Assembly: GCA_964584745.1 (NCBI GenBank)
Contig: CAZPBB010000001.1
Coordinates: forward strand, 55-64,054
Direction: 5' to 3'
From: an uncultured Bacteroidaceae bacterium
GTDB lineage: Bacteria; Bacteroidota; Bacteroidia; Bacteroidales; P3
DNA length: 64,000 nt
Shown: piece after piece, positions 17,536 to 26,355 of the stretch
How the letters are laid out: every line of letters starts with the position of its first letter
How positions within the stretch are numbered: the stretch's first letter is position 1
Position numbers and translations under genes: made by a program
The notes under the pieces: generated by a model
Databases searched by the model: none
The model's input: only the letters and a program-made list of their open reading frames with translations
Told to the model about the DNA's origin: nothing

Positions 17536-18543
17536 ATGGATAAATTAGGCAAGTCAATGGTGAACCGCTACGGCGGTTTCGTCTATGGCATGTATTTGGT
17601 TTACAAGCAGAATCGTTCACGCATTGCGCTGAATGTGCCGGCGGTGCGGTCGTTTTTCATGGATTTCGGCTACGAAAAGGTGTCGAAGACCCGGGCGCTG
17701 GCACTCATCCGCTTGGTGCGGCAGTACGACGGTGACCCGATGATAGTGCCGCGCCTCCCCTTGAAGCGCGGTCGGCCGAAAAAGGGAGAGCCGCCCCGGC
17801 CGCCCAAGCCCAAACGTCCGCGCAGACCCCGGCAGCTGGTGCTGCCGTTTTTTGACAGGAGCACGCCGTCCGTGCGCGTGGCCAGGGATCTGACCGTGCG
17901 CGAGAATATCGAGAACTGTCAGAAGGCTACGGAATGGCTCGAGTTCGTGGCGGAGATCACCTACAGCACCGTGCCCTATGTCCGGGCCAAGCTCAACGAG
18001 TTCCGTGTCCACCTGGGCGCTTATGCGCTCGACACCCCGCGTCCGGCGCGGGAGTTCAAGAAGCACTTCGTGAACTGGCTCAAAGGGGAACGCCGTAGGC
18101 CTGCCTGCCGCATCCCCCGTATCCTGCCGGCATCGGCCCTCGACCTGTACGACCTCCGTATGGGGCGTGCCGATCCTAACCGTATCAATAATTCCCGAGG
18201 CATAATGATTACACGAGACAATGATATGCGTATCGCATACGCCGCGCTCAAGAGCGCATGGATACATGATGGGACTTACCGCGATACCTCGCAGGCGTTC
18301 TACGCCATCATGCGGCTCGACCTGTTTGCCGTGCTCGGCTACACGCGGGAGCAGATGAAGCAGGATGCGATGCGGATGGCATACAACAGGTCTTATTCGG
18401 AACTGGATGTGAATTCAGAACACATCAGGCTCTTTATCCACCGCATTCGGTTGCAGGGAAAGACTGTGGAGGATGTGATGACGGCCTACATGGCGCACCT
18501 CATTCGGGAAGGGGATGCGAAGCACCGTCGGATGGTGGTGTAA
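17536..18543 (+). CDS. hypothetical protein with basic Pro/Arg/Lys-rich linker
   Basis: The first ATG is at 17536 (the track start at 17515 is TTG). About 335 aa. Contains RGRPKKGEPPRPPKPKRPRRPR. No tyrosine- or serine-recombinase motifs found. Confidence 0.6.
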   Translation: MDKLGKSMVNRYGGFVYGMYLVYKQNRSRIALNVPAVRSFFMDFGYEKVSKTRALALIRLVRQYDGDPMIVPRLPLKRGRPKKGEPPRPPKPKRPRRPRQLVLPFFDRSTPSVRVARDLTVRENIENCQKATEWLEFVAEITYSTVPYVRAKLNEFRVHLGAYALDTPRPAREFKKHFVNWLKGERRRPACRIPRILPASALDLYDLRMGRADPNRINNSRGIMITRDNDMRIAYAALKSAWIHDGTYRDTSQAFYAIMRLDLFAVLGYTREQMKQDAMRMAYNRSYSELDVNSEHIRLFIHRIRLQGKTVEDVMTAYMAHLIREGDAKHRRMVV

Positions 18544-18607
18544 TCCACAACGGTTTGTTGGTAAAATTTTTATCGACCCCTTGTTTTTGACGTTCGATTT
18601 TTATTAA

Positions 18608-18615
18608 TATATTTG
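18608..18615 (+). promoter_or_regulatory. candidate -7 promoter box
   Basis: TATATTTG, 22 nt upstream of the ATG at 18637. Confidence 0.35.
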
Positions 18616-18636
18616 CGGCCGTAAAAACGGCTACAA

Positions 18637-19032
18637 ATGAAGACTCAAACGATCATCGACAAAGGGCTTGCCCTGGACTTTGGCCTCAGGAATGGAAAGA
18701 GGACGGTTGACCGGACTCCGGATTGGTTCCTGGAACATGCCCACTACAGTTATGAATGGTACCATACGGGCAAGGGAAATCCTTTCCGGCATCGGCGTGG
18801 CCGCTGCTTAAGGATGTCGGTTCCCGAACGGCTCGACCTGGCCTTGGAACTTCTGGATCTGTCCGAGGTGCAGTTGTGGGCGGAACTGGGTTGGGATGCC
18901 GAGGTCATCAACCTGGCTTCCCTCAAGGCCGGTTCCCTCCGCCTCTCCGAAGAACACCTCTCCGCCATCGCCACCGCCTTGGCCCTCAACCCCGATTGGC
19001 TCCGCATGGGAGTTGGACGTATGCTCCATTAA
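18637..19032 (+). CDS. CI-repressor-type HTH protein
   Basis: 131 aa. The C-terminal NPDWLRMGVGRML matches the CI-type signature also seen twice in 12024-12629. Confidence 0.6.
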   Translation: MKTQTIIDKGLALDFGLRNGKRTVDRTPDWFLEHAHYSYEWYHTGKGNPFRHRRGRCLRMSVPERLDLALELLDLSEVQLWAELGWDAEVINLASLKAGSLRLSEEHLSAIATALALNPDWLRMGVGRMLH

Positions 19033-19086
19033 GGCTTCATGAGGAGGCTTCGGCTTCCTCCGTTCTATATTTTTACTTACGAGCCG

Positions 19087-20175
19087 ATGCCGTTTGTAGA
19101 AAACTATGCTTGTTTATTGCGCGTTCTCGCCGCCCCGTTCACGCCTTTCTATGCCTTGGCCACGGCGGTGCGCAACCTGTTGTACGACCGCGGACGGCTT
19201 GCCTCCGCCAGTTTTCCGTTTCCGGTTATCTGCGTGGGCAACCTCTGCGCCGGGGGCAGCGGCAAGACCCCGATGACCGAATACCTGGTGCGCCTGCTCT
19301 CCGATACCTGCCATGTGGGCGTGGTGAGCCGCGGCTACGGGCGCAAGACCCAAGGCAACCTGCTGGCGCAGGAAGGCATGACGGCCACGCAGACCGGCGA
19401 CGAACCGATGCAGTACCTGCAGAAATTCGCGCGCCTGCCGCATGGATTCTCGCTCTATCTGGCCGCCGACCGCCGGGAGGGCATCAACGAGCTCAAAGCC
19501 CTTGAACCCGGTTGCGGCGTGGTTATTTTGGACGATGCCTACCAGCACCGCTCCGTGCGTGCCGGGCTCAATATCCTGCTAACCGAATATCAAAAGCCCT
19601 ATTTCCGCGATGGTTCGCTGCCTTTGGGCAATCTGCGCGAAAGCCGGAAAGGAGCGCGGCGCGCCCGGATCATCGTGGCCACCAAATGCCCCGACACGCT
19701 CTCGGAATCGCAACGGCAGGATTTCATCAAGAGATGCCGGCCCTTGCCGGGGCAAGAGGTGTATTTTAGCCGTATCGCCTACGATGAGATAATGCCCGTC
19801 AATACTGACCGCGCCTTTTCCGGAAGGGATGAGGTGGTGCTCTTTACCGGCATCGCCCATCCCGAGCCGCTCGAAAGGCACCTGCAGGAGAAAGGCATCG
19901 CGCTGCGGCGGCATTTCCGTTTCGGCGACCACCACGCCTATACCCAAGACGACCTTGCCCGCCTGGCGCGCGCCTGCCGGCAAACCGATAAGGGAACCGC
20001 CTGCCTGCTCACCACGCAAAAGGATTGGGCGCGCCTGGCAGGGCATCCCCACTTGGGTCTGTTGGCGGACATTCCGCTCTATGTGCTGCCCGTGCGCACC
20101 GAATTCCTGTTTGGTCAAGGGGAGGTGTTCGACCGCCGCATCAGGGAATACGTGCAAAGCAAGAAGAATAGATAA
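19087..20175 (+). CDS. lpxK: tetraacyldisaccharide 4'-kinase
   Basis: ATG at 19087 (MPFVENY). P-loop VGNLCAGGSGKTPMTEYL. Length and overall pattern are typical of LpxK. Confidence 0.9.
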   Translation: MPFVENYACLLRVLAAPFTPFYALATAVRNLLYDRGRLASASFPFPVICVGNLCAGGSGKTPMTEYLVRLLSDTCHVGVVSRGYGRKTQGNLLAQEGMTATQTGDEPMQYLQKFARLPHGFSLYLAADRREGINELKALEPGCGVVILDDAYQHRSVRAGLNILLTEYQKPYFRDGSLPLGNLRESRKGARRARIIVATKCPDTLSESQRQDFIKRCRPLPGQEVYFSRIAYDEIMPVNTDRAFSGRDEVVLFTGIAHPEPLERHLQEKGIALRRHFRFGDHHAYTQDDLARLARACRQTDKGTACLLTTQKDWARLAGHPHLGLLADIPLYVLPVRTEFLFGQGEVFDRRIREYVQSKKNR

Positions 20176-20366
20176 ACATAAAACGATACAAGAGGACCTT
20201 TCCGCTTCTCCGATGAACAGATCTCCGCCAGCTCCGCCACCCAAGCCTCAACCCCGACTGACTCTGCATTGTCCACTACACAAAGGAAATCCTTTGATGT
20301 AATATTTATGATATCATATATTTACATAAAAATCAATATTCTATTTGCGGATTACACAAAAAGCTT

Positions 20367-20374
20367 TATCTTTG
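20367..20374 (+). promoter_or_regulatory. candidate -7 promoter box
   Basis: TATCTTTG, 80 nt upstream of the ATG at 20455. Confidence 0.4.
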
Positions 20375-20400
20375 TGCCCTTGAATCGAAAAGCATAATTG

Positions 20401-20433
20401 ACACAACTAAAAAGTTTTAATTTTTAGTTGTGT
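20401..20433 (+). promoter_or_regulatory. perfect 13-bp stem-loop in the leader of the membrane-protein gene
   Basis: ACACAACTAAAAA - GTTTTAA - TTTTTAGTTGTGT. It lies between the -7 box and the start codon. Confidence 0.6.
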
Positions 20434-20454
20434 TCGTTTTGCAGAATATGGCTA

Positions 20455-20937
20455 ATGGAATTGAGGGAATTTTCGCCAGATAGGCTAGATAGAGTTAGGC
20501 ACAGAAACGAATGGAAACATCGTTTTTTCATTCCGTTTTTGCATACGGTGTTATGGACTGCAACTTTGTTTGTTGCTGTATTCCCCAATGTGTTATCGAA
20601 TGAGCAAGAAGGGTTAGACCCTTTAATTTCAGTTTTAGTCATACTTTGTGCCTTTATGCTTGAGTGCGCACTTATATCTTGGAATTTGAGGATTACGCAT
20701 ATTGAGAAAGTAGTGGAGGTTCGGGTCATCGTTTTCCAGCCGGGAATTTTTGTAATATTGTCCATTATTTTGGTTAGTGTAGTTATGTCATTGTTAGGAT
20801 ACCGCAGTATTGCAACGATAATTATGCTTATATCGGCTGGAATTTTTAAGTATGTGATGTGCCGTATGCCGATATTAATGGAAAAGGCGACAGTTCCTTT
20901 TCAGCGAAGGACGTATGATTTAACACCTTTAGAATAG
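20455..20937 (+). CDS. hypothetical polytopic membrane protein
   Basis: The first in-frame ATG is at 20455 (the track start at 20428 is TTG). About four hydrophobic helices. AT-rich codon usage. Confidence 0.6.
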   Translation: MELREFSPDRLDRVRHRNEWKHRFFIPFLHTVLWTATLFVAVFPNVLSNEQEGLDPLISVLVILCAFMLECALISWNLRITHIEKVVEVRVIVFQPGIFVILSIILVSVVMSLLGYRSIATIIMLISAGIFKYVMCRMPILMEKATVPFQRRTYDLTPLE

Positions 20938-20942
20938 AAATT

Positions 20943-21686
20943 ATGGAAACGATGCAGTCTATAGTTCTTGGTATAGGAATACCATTGTTTGGGATTTTTT
21001 TGGTATTATATACTATAGGGGTAACTTCAAGTAAAAAGGAAGTTAAATATCTTCAGGCATGGATTGGATGTGATAACTTGAAGACTGCCTGTGCAGGATC
21101 TCATTATGAAGATATTCCCGCTGTGGAACGAAGTGTTTCTTTAGCACATAATGGTTTTAAAACTCCAGCAGGAAAGGTGTTGGATACAAGTGCTTATGAT
21201 GGTTATGTGGTGAAAGGCAACTCAATGCAGTTTTGCAATATTCATACTGATGATTTGGCCTTTGTTAGGAAGGATTTTCGTATTTCCGATTTGAAGAAAT
21301 TCCCTTCAGTTGTGGTTATTCGAAATACGGCAGCGAAAAAGGATGAATGCCAACATAAAGTACGTCGAGCTTGGGCTATTTTGCAAGGTTCAGTATCGGA
21401 TGAAGAAATCAAGAACTGTGTTAATACAATAATGACTACATCAAAATATGATGAGTTAAGGCAGAGGCTTGGAGATAAATATGAAAGCGATGAAGTTATG
21501 ATATCTGATATGATGGAGAGATGGAACAAGTTTAAGGGGACGCATTCAGACTCATTGAGAGAAGATATTGTTATATCTACAACATATGATGTAGATAAAC
21601 AGCGGATACATTTCTCTGTACATCGGGCATCTTCGATTATTGGAGTTGTTGAATTTAGAACTGACTTAAAGTCGATTGCGGCATAA
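20943..21686 (+). CDS. membrane-anchored S24 (LexA/signal-peptidase-like) peptidase-domain protein
   Basis: N-terminal TM helix (IVLGIGIPLFGIFLVLYTIGV). S24-like Ser motif GYVVKGNSMQF..I..DDLAFV and a downstream Lys region (HKVRRAW). Assigned by eye. Confidence 0.55.
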   Translation: METMQSIVLGIGIPLFGIFLVLYTIGVTSSKKEVKYLQAWIGCDNLKTACAGSHYEDIPAVERSVSLAHNGFKTPAGKVLDTSAYDGYVVKGNSMQFCNIHTDDLAFVRKDFRISDLKKFPSVVVIRNTAAKKDECQHKVRRAWAILQGSVSDEEIKNCVNTIMTTSKYDELRQRLGDKYESDEVMISDMMERWNKFKGTHSDSLREDIVISTTYDVDKQRIHFSVHRASSIIGVVEFRTDLKSIAA

Positions 21687-21710
21687 AATAATAGATTTGT
21701 AATCGAAGTC

Positions 21711-21752
21711 AAGAGCCTCGCATTTCATCAGAAAGCGAGGCTCTTTTGTTTG
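21711..21752. terminator. bidirectional hairpin terminator
   Basis: 11-bp stem AAGAGCCTCGC (21711-21721) / GCGAGGCTCTT (21735-21745), followed by TTGTTTG. It sits between convergent genes. Confidence 0.7.
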
Positions 21753-21764
21753 CGGACATTGTGG

Positions 21765-23123
21765 TTATTCCCTCACCAACGTCACATACATCTTCCCTTT
21801 CCCTCCGGTGGTCGTCGGCAAATAGTATTCCACTTCGAAGACCAGCGTGTCGCGTGTGAGATACTCCGCCGCCGCGCTGATGCGGAAGTTGTCCACATAG
21901 ACATCCACTAGGCTGTTGCCAGCCGGAATCCTTACCGAAGTCGGTTGCGTGCTGTTGCCGGTGGCGTTGGACACCATCACACGCGTCTTATACGACCGCT
22001 TTAGTTGCGCCACCGCCGTCAGGTTCGTGAACAGGTCGCAGGACTTCGTCTGCTTCAAGATTTTCATTTCCGGCATGGAAAACAGTTCTGTCGTAGGAAT
22101 CGGCGCGGTGTAGATGCCCCGCAGCTGGTCGTTCGCCTCACATACGTTCTGCTCCTTGCCCGCCACCTTGCCGATGCTGTCCCATAGCAACCTCTCTTCC
22201 TGAATCCGGGTGTCGCTCTCCTGAAACAGGAGGGCTTCCAGTGCCTCGATATCCTTGCCCAGCAAGACATCGGTTTCCAGACGTCTCTGCCGTTCCGCCG
22301 TCAACGAATCCAGCACAAGCCGCACGTCCGCCGTCTCGGTCTGCCGGAGGGCGGCCAGACTGTCCCAAATGCGTTTATCCTCCGCCATACGGCGCTTGGT
22401 CTCCGCCATCAGGCTGTCCAAGATGCGCAGGTCCTCTTCCTTACGCTTGATGGCTTCTTTGAGGATGGCCGTATGATCCATGGAACCCGAATCCGGATGG
22501 AAATGCTCGATCTCCTGATGGAAAAGACGTATCATCTTAGAGGCCGAGTAGTAGATGTCGCTGGCGGGATCCTGGTTGTCATCGAATACTTTCCCCTCCA
22601 GGCCCTGGGCTGTGACGGCCTGCTGCGCCGTTTCGGCCGTCGTTGCGTGCGCTGCCGTTTCCGCCTCCTTGGCCGACAGGGCGGTGGCGGCTTCTTCCGC
22701 CGTTTGCGCCCTGTGCGCATAGAGCGCGGTCGGGACGGCCGTGATCGGGACAACCGCCAGTTCGGAGGCACCGTCAAGCACCCTCAAGGTGGCGGCACGG
22801 CTCCAATCGATGGTATCGAAACGACCGTTGACGGGCGTTCCGTCGCCCAGATACACGTGTACTTGGCCGAGCGCATCGGTCGTTACCGCATGGCGTTCCT
22901 TGTAAATGGTCGTGCCCTCCTGTTGCAGTTCGAGCGTGAGGGTCAGTGCTTCATCGGCACGCACATAGCCGCGCTCATCACGCAGCACGGCCTGGTATTT
23001 CACCGTCCGTGCGGTGGCCGTGTTCTCGATGGCCTTCTTGCCACCCATTGCCGGGGCGGCCACCGCCATGCCGATCGAGCACAATAGGCTCAGCATCGGC
23101 AAAAGCAATCTTTTTCTTTTCAT
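21765..23123 (-). CDS. secreted fibre-like protein with central coiled coil (last gene of the fibre module)
   Basis: 452 aa. Signal peptide. N-terminal beta domain (VKYQAVLRDERGYV ... IDWSRAATLRV). An Ala/Glu-rich and heptad region, then a C-terminal beta domain. Confidence 0.7.
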   Translation of the reverse strand: MKRKRLLLPMLSLLCSIGMAVAAPAMGGKKAIENTATARTVKYQAVLRDERGYVRADEALTLTLELQQEGTTIYKERHAVTTDALGQVHVYLGDGTPVNGRFDTIDWSRAATLRVLDGASELAVVPITAVPTALYAHRAQTAEEAATALSAKEAETAAHATTAETAQQAVTAQGLEGKVFDDNQDPASDIYYSASKMIRLFHQEIEHFHPDSGSMDHTAILKEAIKRKEEDLRILDSLMAETKRRMAEDKRIWDSLAALRQTETADVRLVLDSLTAERQRRLETDVLLGKDIEALEALLFQESDTRIQEERLLWDSIGKVAGKEQNVCEANDQLRGIYTAPIPTTELFSMPEMKILKQTKSCDLFTNLTAVAQLKRSYKTRVMVSNATGNSTQPTSVRIPAGNSLVDVYVDNFRISAAAEYLTRDTLVFEVEYYLPTTTGGKGKMYVTLVRE

Positions 23124-23173
23124 GATATGGTCTTTTGTATTTCAATTGTTTGTTTTGTCGCTTCTTTCCTTGC

Positions 23174-24106
23174 CTACAGGCGTTTTTTCTTGTGAGGCAG
23201 GGCGACTTGGAACGTCAGGTGATGGGCGGCCACCCCTGCCATGATGCCGTTGAAGCGGAACGGCATCAGGAAGCGGTAGCCGAGGTGGCAGCACTTGCCG
23301 AAGTCAAATCCTATGCCGAGACCGGCCGTCTGCACGTCTTTCGTGCCACGGTAGAGAATATCTGCGTGGAAGAACCCGTAACGGGCGTTCAGCCCCGCTG
23401 TCACCGTGTGGCCGGTATGGTCGTAGGCGTAATAGGTATAGTTGAGATACGGCAGGAGAGTCGCCATTCGGCTGCGGTCGTGGGTGTAGGCTCCCAGATG
23501 TTGTTCGTAGAAGAACGTGCCGCCTACCGAGAAATCATTACCCGGCAAAGCGGCGGCACCTGTGGCGGCGAAGCCGAGGCGGTAATCCTCCCGTGCCTGA
23601 TAGACGAAGCCCAACGATACCGCCGGTGTGTGGAAGTATCGGTTGTAGTTTATGTCGGCGTAGTCCGGGTGTTCCGTGACTACATCGTGGAAAGCATAGT
23701 ACCGATAACCGAAATCATAGGTTAGGTTGGCGAGCAGCTGCCAGTCCGGGGCGACACGGAGGTTGGCCGTCAGTCCCACGGCACCGTGCACGTCATAACG
23801 AAAGCCGCTATGGGTGCTATATACGTCGCCGTGGAACGTCAGGGCGGCATGGTCGTAGGTCAGGGCGGTCGGCGTGCCGGCCAGCGACAGGTGATAGGTC
23901 TGCGGATGCCCTTTGATGGACATGTACTGTTGGGTCGTGTTCAGTTCCGCGCGGAAACGGCTTGCCTGTACCACATGGAACAACGGCGAAAGATCCGCCA
24001 GACGGGCGGTGGGCAAGGAGGGAAGAACAAAATCCTGTGCCGGGCTCAAAAACGGCAGAAACAGGCTTGAAATCGCTGATAGGAATATTTTGACGGTCTT
24101 CTTCAT
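23174..24106 (-). CDS. PorP/SprF-like outer-membrane beta-barrel protein (second copy)
   Basis: ATG at 24106 (MKKTVKIFL). Signal peptide ends in SPAQ. About 310 aa, with an alternating beta pattern and a C-terminal AAHHLTFQVAL motif similar to the other copy. It sits directly downstream of a CTD-like protein. Confidence 0.55.
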   Translation of the reverse strand: MKKTVKIFLSAISSLFLPFLSPAQDFVLPSLPTARLADLSPLFHVVQASRFRAELNTTQQYMSIKGHPQTYHLSLAGTPTALTYDHAALTFHGDVYSTHSGFRYDVHGAVGLTANLRVAPDWQLLANLTYDFGYRYYAFHDVVTEHPDYADINYNRYFHTPAVSLGFVYQAREDYRLGFAATGAAALPGNDFSVGGTFFYEQHLGAYTHDRSRMATLLPYLNYTYYAYDHTGHTVTAGLNARYGFFHADILYRGTKDVQTAGLGIGFDFGKCCHLGYRFLMPFRFNGIMAGVAAHHLTFQVALPHKKKRL

Positions 24107-24113
24107 CGTAACA

Positions 24114-24830
24114 TTATTTACGTTCCAATACTTCCACAAAACCCTCCTGACGGATTATCGTGCTGCCGCGGTGCAGCGCGACCCGGTAATAGTATGTGTC
24201 GGGTTTTCGTTGGGAAAAATCGAAGTCATTGCGGTAGTCTTGGCTGTGGTAGATGACTCGGCCGCTGCGGTCGAACAGGGTCGCTTCCGCACGCTCGAAG
24301 TCGGCGAGGTTCAGGATTTTGAAGCGGCTCAGGTCGTGGCCGTCCAGTACCACCAGATTCACGATGCTGGCGGTGGATGCCTGGGGAGGAACCGGCGGCT
24401 TGGGCAGGGTCGTATCTCCCGGTGTGATGGGCAAATCCGGAGGCGTGGGTATGTCGGGAACGGAATCGGAAAGGAACCGCACAAAGAGGGAATCGGTACG
24501 GAGGCCTTTATGGTAAGGCTCGCGCACGTGGTAGCGGTACCAGCCGCTCCGGGTGGCCACCGCCGTGTCGAATTGGAACGGCGCGTAGAAACTGGCCGCT
24601 TCGTGGGTGTCGAAGACGAAGGTGTCCGCGTCCTCTATCTCCACGGTGTCCACGATGGGAGGATTCACCCACAGGTTCGGCTGCTGGTAGCCGCTCGTCA
24701 GGCCGGGTGCGCCGTCGGCCGGGGCACTCAACGACTGGAAATCGCCGAAATTGGACATCGTGCGTTGGGCGAAAACCGGTAAACACGCCCCTATGATATA
24801 AAGTGTTGTCAGAATTTTGTTTGTTCTCAT
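24114..24830 (-). CDS. secreted protein with degenerate T9SS type-B C-terminal-domain-like end
   Basis: ATG at 24830 (MRTNKILTTLY). The C-terminus, FKILNLADFERAEATLFDRSGRVIYHSQDYRNDFDF...DTYYYRV...GFVEVLERK, resembles the type-B CTD but lacks the NGDGxND motif. Confidence 0.5.
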   Translation of the reverse strand: MRTNKILTTLYIIGACLPVFAQRTMSNFGDFQSLSAPADGAPGLTSGYQQPNLWVNPPIVDTVEIEDADTFVFDTHEAASFYAPFQFDTAVATRSGWYRYHVREPYHKGLRTDSLFVRFLSDSVPDIPTPPDLPITPGDTTLPKPPVPPQASTASIVNLVVLDGHDLSRFKILNLADFERAEATLFDRSGRVIYHSQDYRNDFDFSQRKPDTYYYRVALHRGSTIIRQEGFVEVLERK

Positions 24831-24834
24831 CTTT

Positions 24835-26343
24835 TTACCAGCCAAAATATGAGTTGTATTTGAACGCAAGCACGATAAAGTCAAAGGCACAGTCCGTGAG
24901 GTTTCCTGATTGATCATACAAGTAAACGTTTAAAGAACCACTGGATTTGCCGCCAATTGAGGCTGTGACGCCCTGTGTGGTAGGAATAGGGATAAATATG
25001 TTGTCTATTTGGCCGGAGATACTCGCAAATCTATAGACTCCTGTACGCGATCTATAAACACTTGCTATATACCCAGCGGATAAAGTAAGTGTTCCGTCTG
25101 CCGCTACATGTCCGCCGGCAACGAGATAGGGCATATGAGAAAAACGATTATTAATGTCGTCAAGGTCGATGCCGAGATTAGTTCGTGCTGCCGCCGCCGT
25201 GGTGGCTCCCGTGCCTCCTTGATTTACGGGCAGAGGATTTTCGGAAGCGGTGCCCATCCCTGTAAAATGTACGCTTCTGGCATGGATTTCTATGAGGTCG
25301 TCCACAGGTTCGGATACATAGACATAATCCCCGTCCCCGAAATTCAGTTTGTTGCCGTAAGCACTTGAACCTTTCAGGCGCAGGTTTCCTGTTATGGTCG
25401 GGTCTCCATTTAAAGTGACGGAGCTCTTGATGGTGGGATTGGGATACGTCCCGGTCAGGTCGCCTCCGGCAGTGCCCGTCGGGGTACGGCTGTCCGTCAG
25501 TCGGCTGTCGCTCGAGGTTACGTAGTTGGATAGGTTGCTCTTGACGTATGCCGTGGTGGCTATCCTTGTGCTGTTGGTGGCTGTGGTTGGAGTCGGAGCC
25601 GTGGGGCTTCCCGTCAGAGCCACAGAACTCTTGATGGTCGGGTTCGGATACGTCCCGGTCAGGTCGCCTCCGGCAGTGCCCGTCGGGGTACGGCTGTCCG
25701 TCAGTCGGCTGTCGCTCGAGGTTACGTAGTTGGATAGGTTGCTCTTGACGTATGCCGTGGTGGCTATCCGCGTGCTGTTGGTGGATGCCGCCGGAGTCGG
25801 TGCGGTTGGGCTGCCGGTTAAGGTCACGGAGCTCTTGATGGTCGGATTGGGATAGGTCCCTGTCAAATCGCCTCCGGCAGTTCCCGTCGGGGTACGGCTG
25901 TCCGTCAGTCGGCTGTCACTCGTGGTTACATAGTTGGTCAGATTACTCTTTACATACGCCGTGGAGGCTATCTTGGCGGAACTGTCCGTAGATGTCGGGG
26001 TCGGCGCGGTCGGGCTTCCCGTCAAGGCTACTGAACTCTTGAGGGTGGGATTGGGATAGGTCCCTTTCAAATCGCCTCCGGCATTGCCTTTGGGAACACG
26101 GCTGTCCGTCAGGCGGCTGTCGGTATTGGTCACGTAGTTCTCGATAACATAGGTCTTGGTGGCCATCAAGCGCATGCTGTCGCGCAATTGGGCGATGGTG
26201 TCGCGCATGCGGGCGGCCAGCAGGCTGTCTTCGACAAAACGTGTCCGCTCCTCCTTGGCCAGACGTGTCTGTTGCTGATTTTGGGCGGCCAATCCGCTGC
26301 ACAGGATGCCAAGCAGCAGGCCGATGTAAAGGATTCTTTTCAT
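24835..26343 (-). CDS. secreted phage-tail-fibre-like repeat protein
   Basis: 502 aa. Signal peptide. 3.5 tandem 68-aa repeats containing GSPTAPTP..NSTRIATTAYVKSNL. A later NQGGTGATTAAAARTNLG motif. Both are motifs I recognise from phage tail fibres. Confidence 0.8.
   Translation of the reverse strand: MKRILYIGLLLGILCSGLAAQNQQQTRLAKEERTRFVEDSLLAARMRDTIAQLRDSMRLMATKTYVIENYVTNTDSRLTDSRVPKGNAGGDLKGTYPNPTLKSSVALTGSPTAPTPTSTDSSAKIASTAYVKSNLTNYVTTSDSRLTDSRTPTGTAGGDLTGTYPNPTIKSSVTLTGSPTAPTPAASTNSTRIATTAYVKSNLSNYVTSSDSRLTDSRTPTGTAGGDLTGTYPNPTIKSSVALTGSPTAPTPTTATNSTRIATTAYVKSNLSNYVTSSDSRLTDSRTPTGTAGGDLTGTYPNPTIKSSVTLNGDPTITGNLRLKGSSAYGNKLNFGDGDYVYVSEPVDDLIEIHARSVHFTGMGTASENPLPVNQGGTGATTAAAARTNLGIDLDDINNRFSHMPYLVAGGHVAADGTLTLSAGYIASVYRSRTGVYRFASISGQIDNIFIPIPTTQGVTASIGGKSSGSLNVYLYDQSGNLTDCAFDFIVLAFKYNSYFGW
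25399..26157. repeat. 204-bp tandem repeat, about 3.5-4 copies, inside the fibre gene
   Basis: The marker TCGGCTGTC recurs at 25501, 25705 and 25909, with a degenerate copy near 26113 (period 204 bp). Long stretches between copies are identical. Confidence 0.85.
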
Positions 26344-26355
26344 GATATACTATAT

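Larger units (their letters stand above)
8555..19032. mobile_element. accessory genomic island adjacent to tRNA-Arg; no integrase or att repeat identified (possible remnant or satellite-like element)
   Basis: It begins right after the tRNA-Arg 3' end and is bounded on the right by core lpxK. Gene content is typical of mobile elements (toprim primase-like, SSB-like, DUF3853, excisionase-type and CI-type HTH proteins, TA and modification cassettes). The inner part, about 12000-17500, is visibly AT-richer. Confidence 0.5.

Noticed and set aside
17536-18543. Possible hidden integrase of the tRNA-Arg island (its size is right for a tyrosine recombinase)
   Set aside because: No R...HxxR...Y arrangement. 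The only HxxR (HRIR) lies 14 residues from the nearest Tyr, and there is no serine-recombinase or DDE motif. It stays a hypothetical protein.
18570-18600. Possible attR (duplicate of the tRNA-Arg 3' end) at the far side of the island
   Set aside because: Only 8 nt (GTTCGATT) match the tRNA T-loop region, which is expected by chance.
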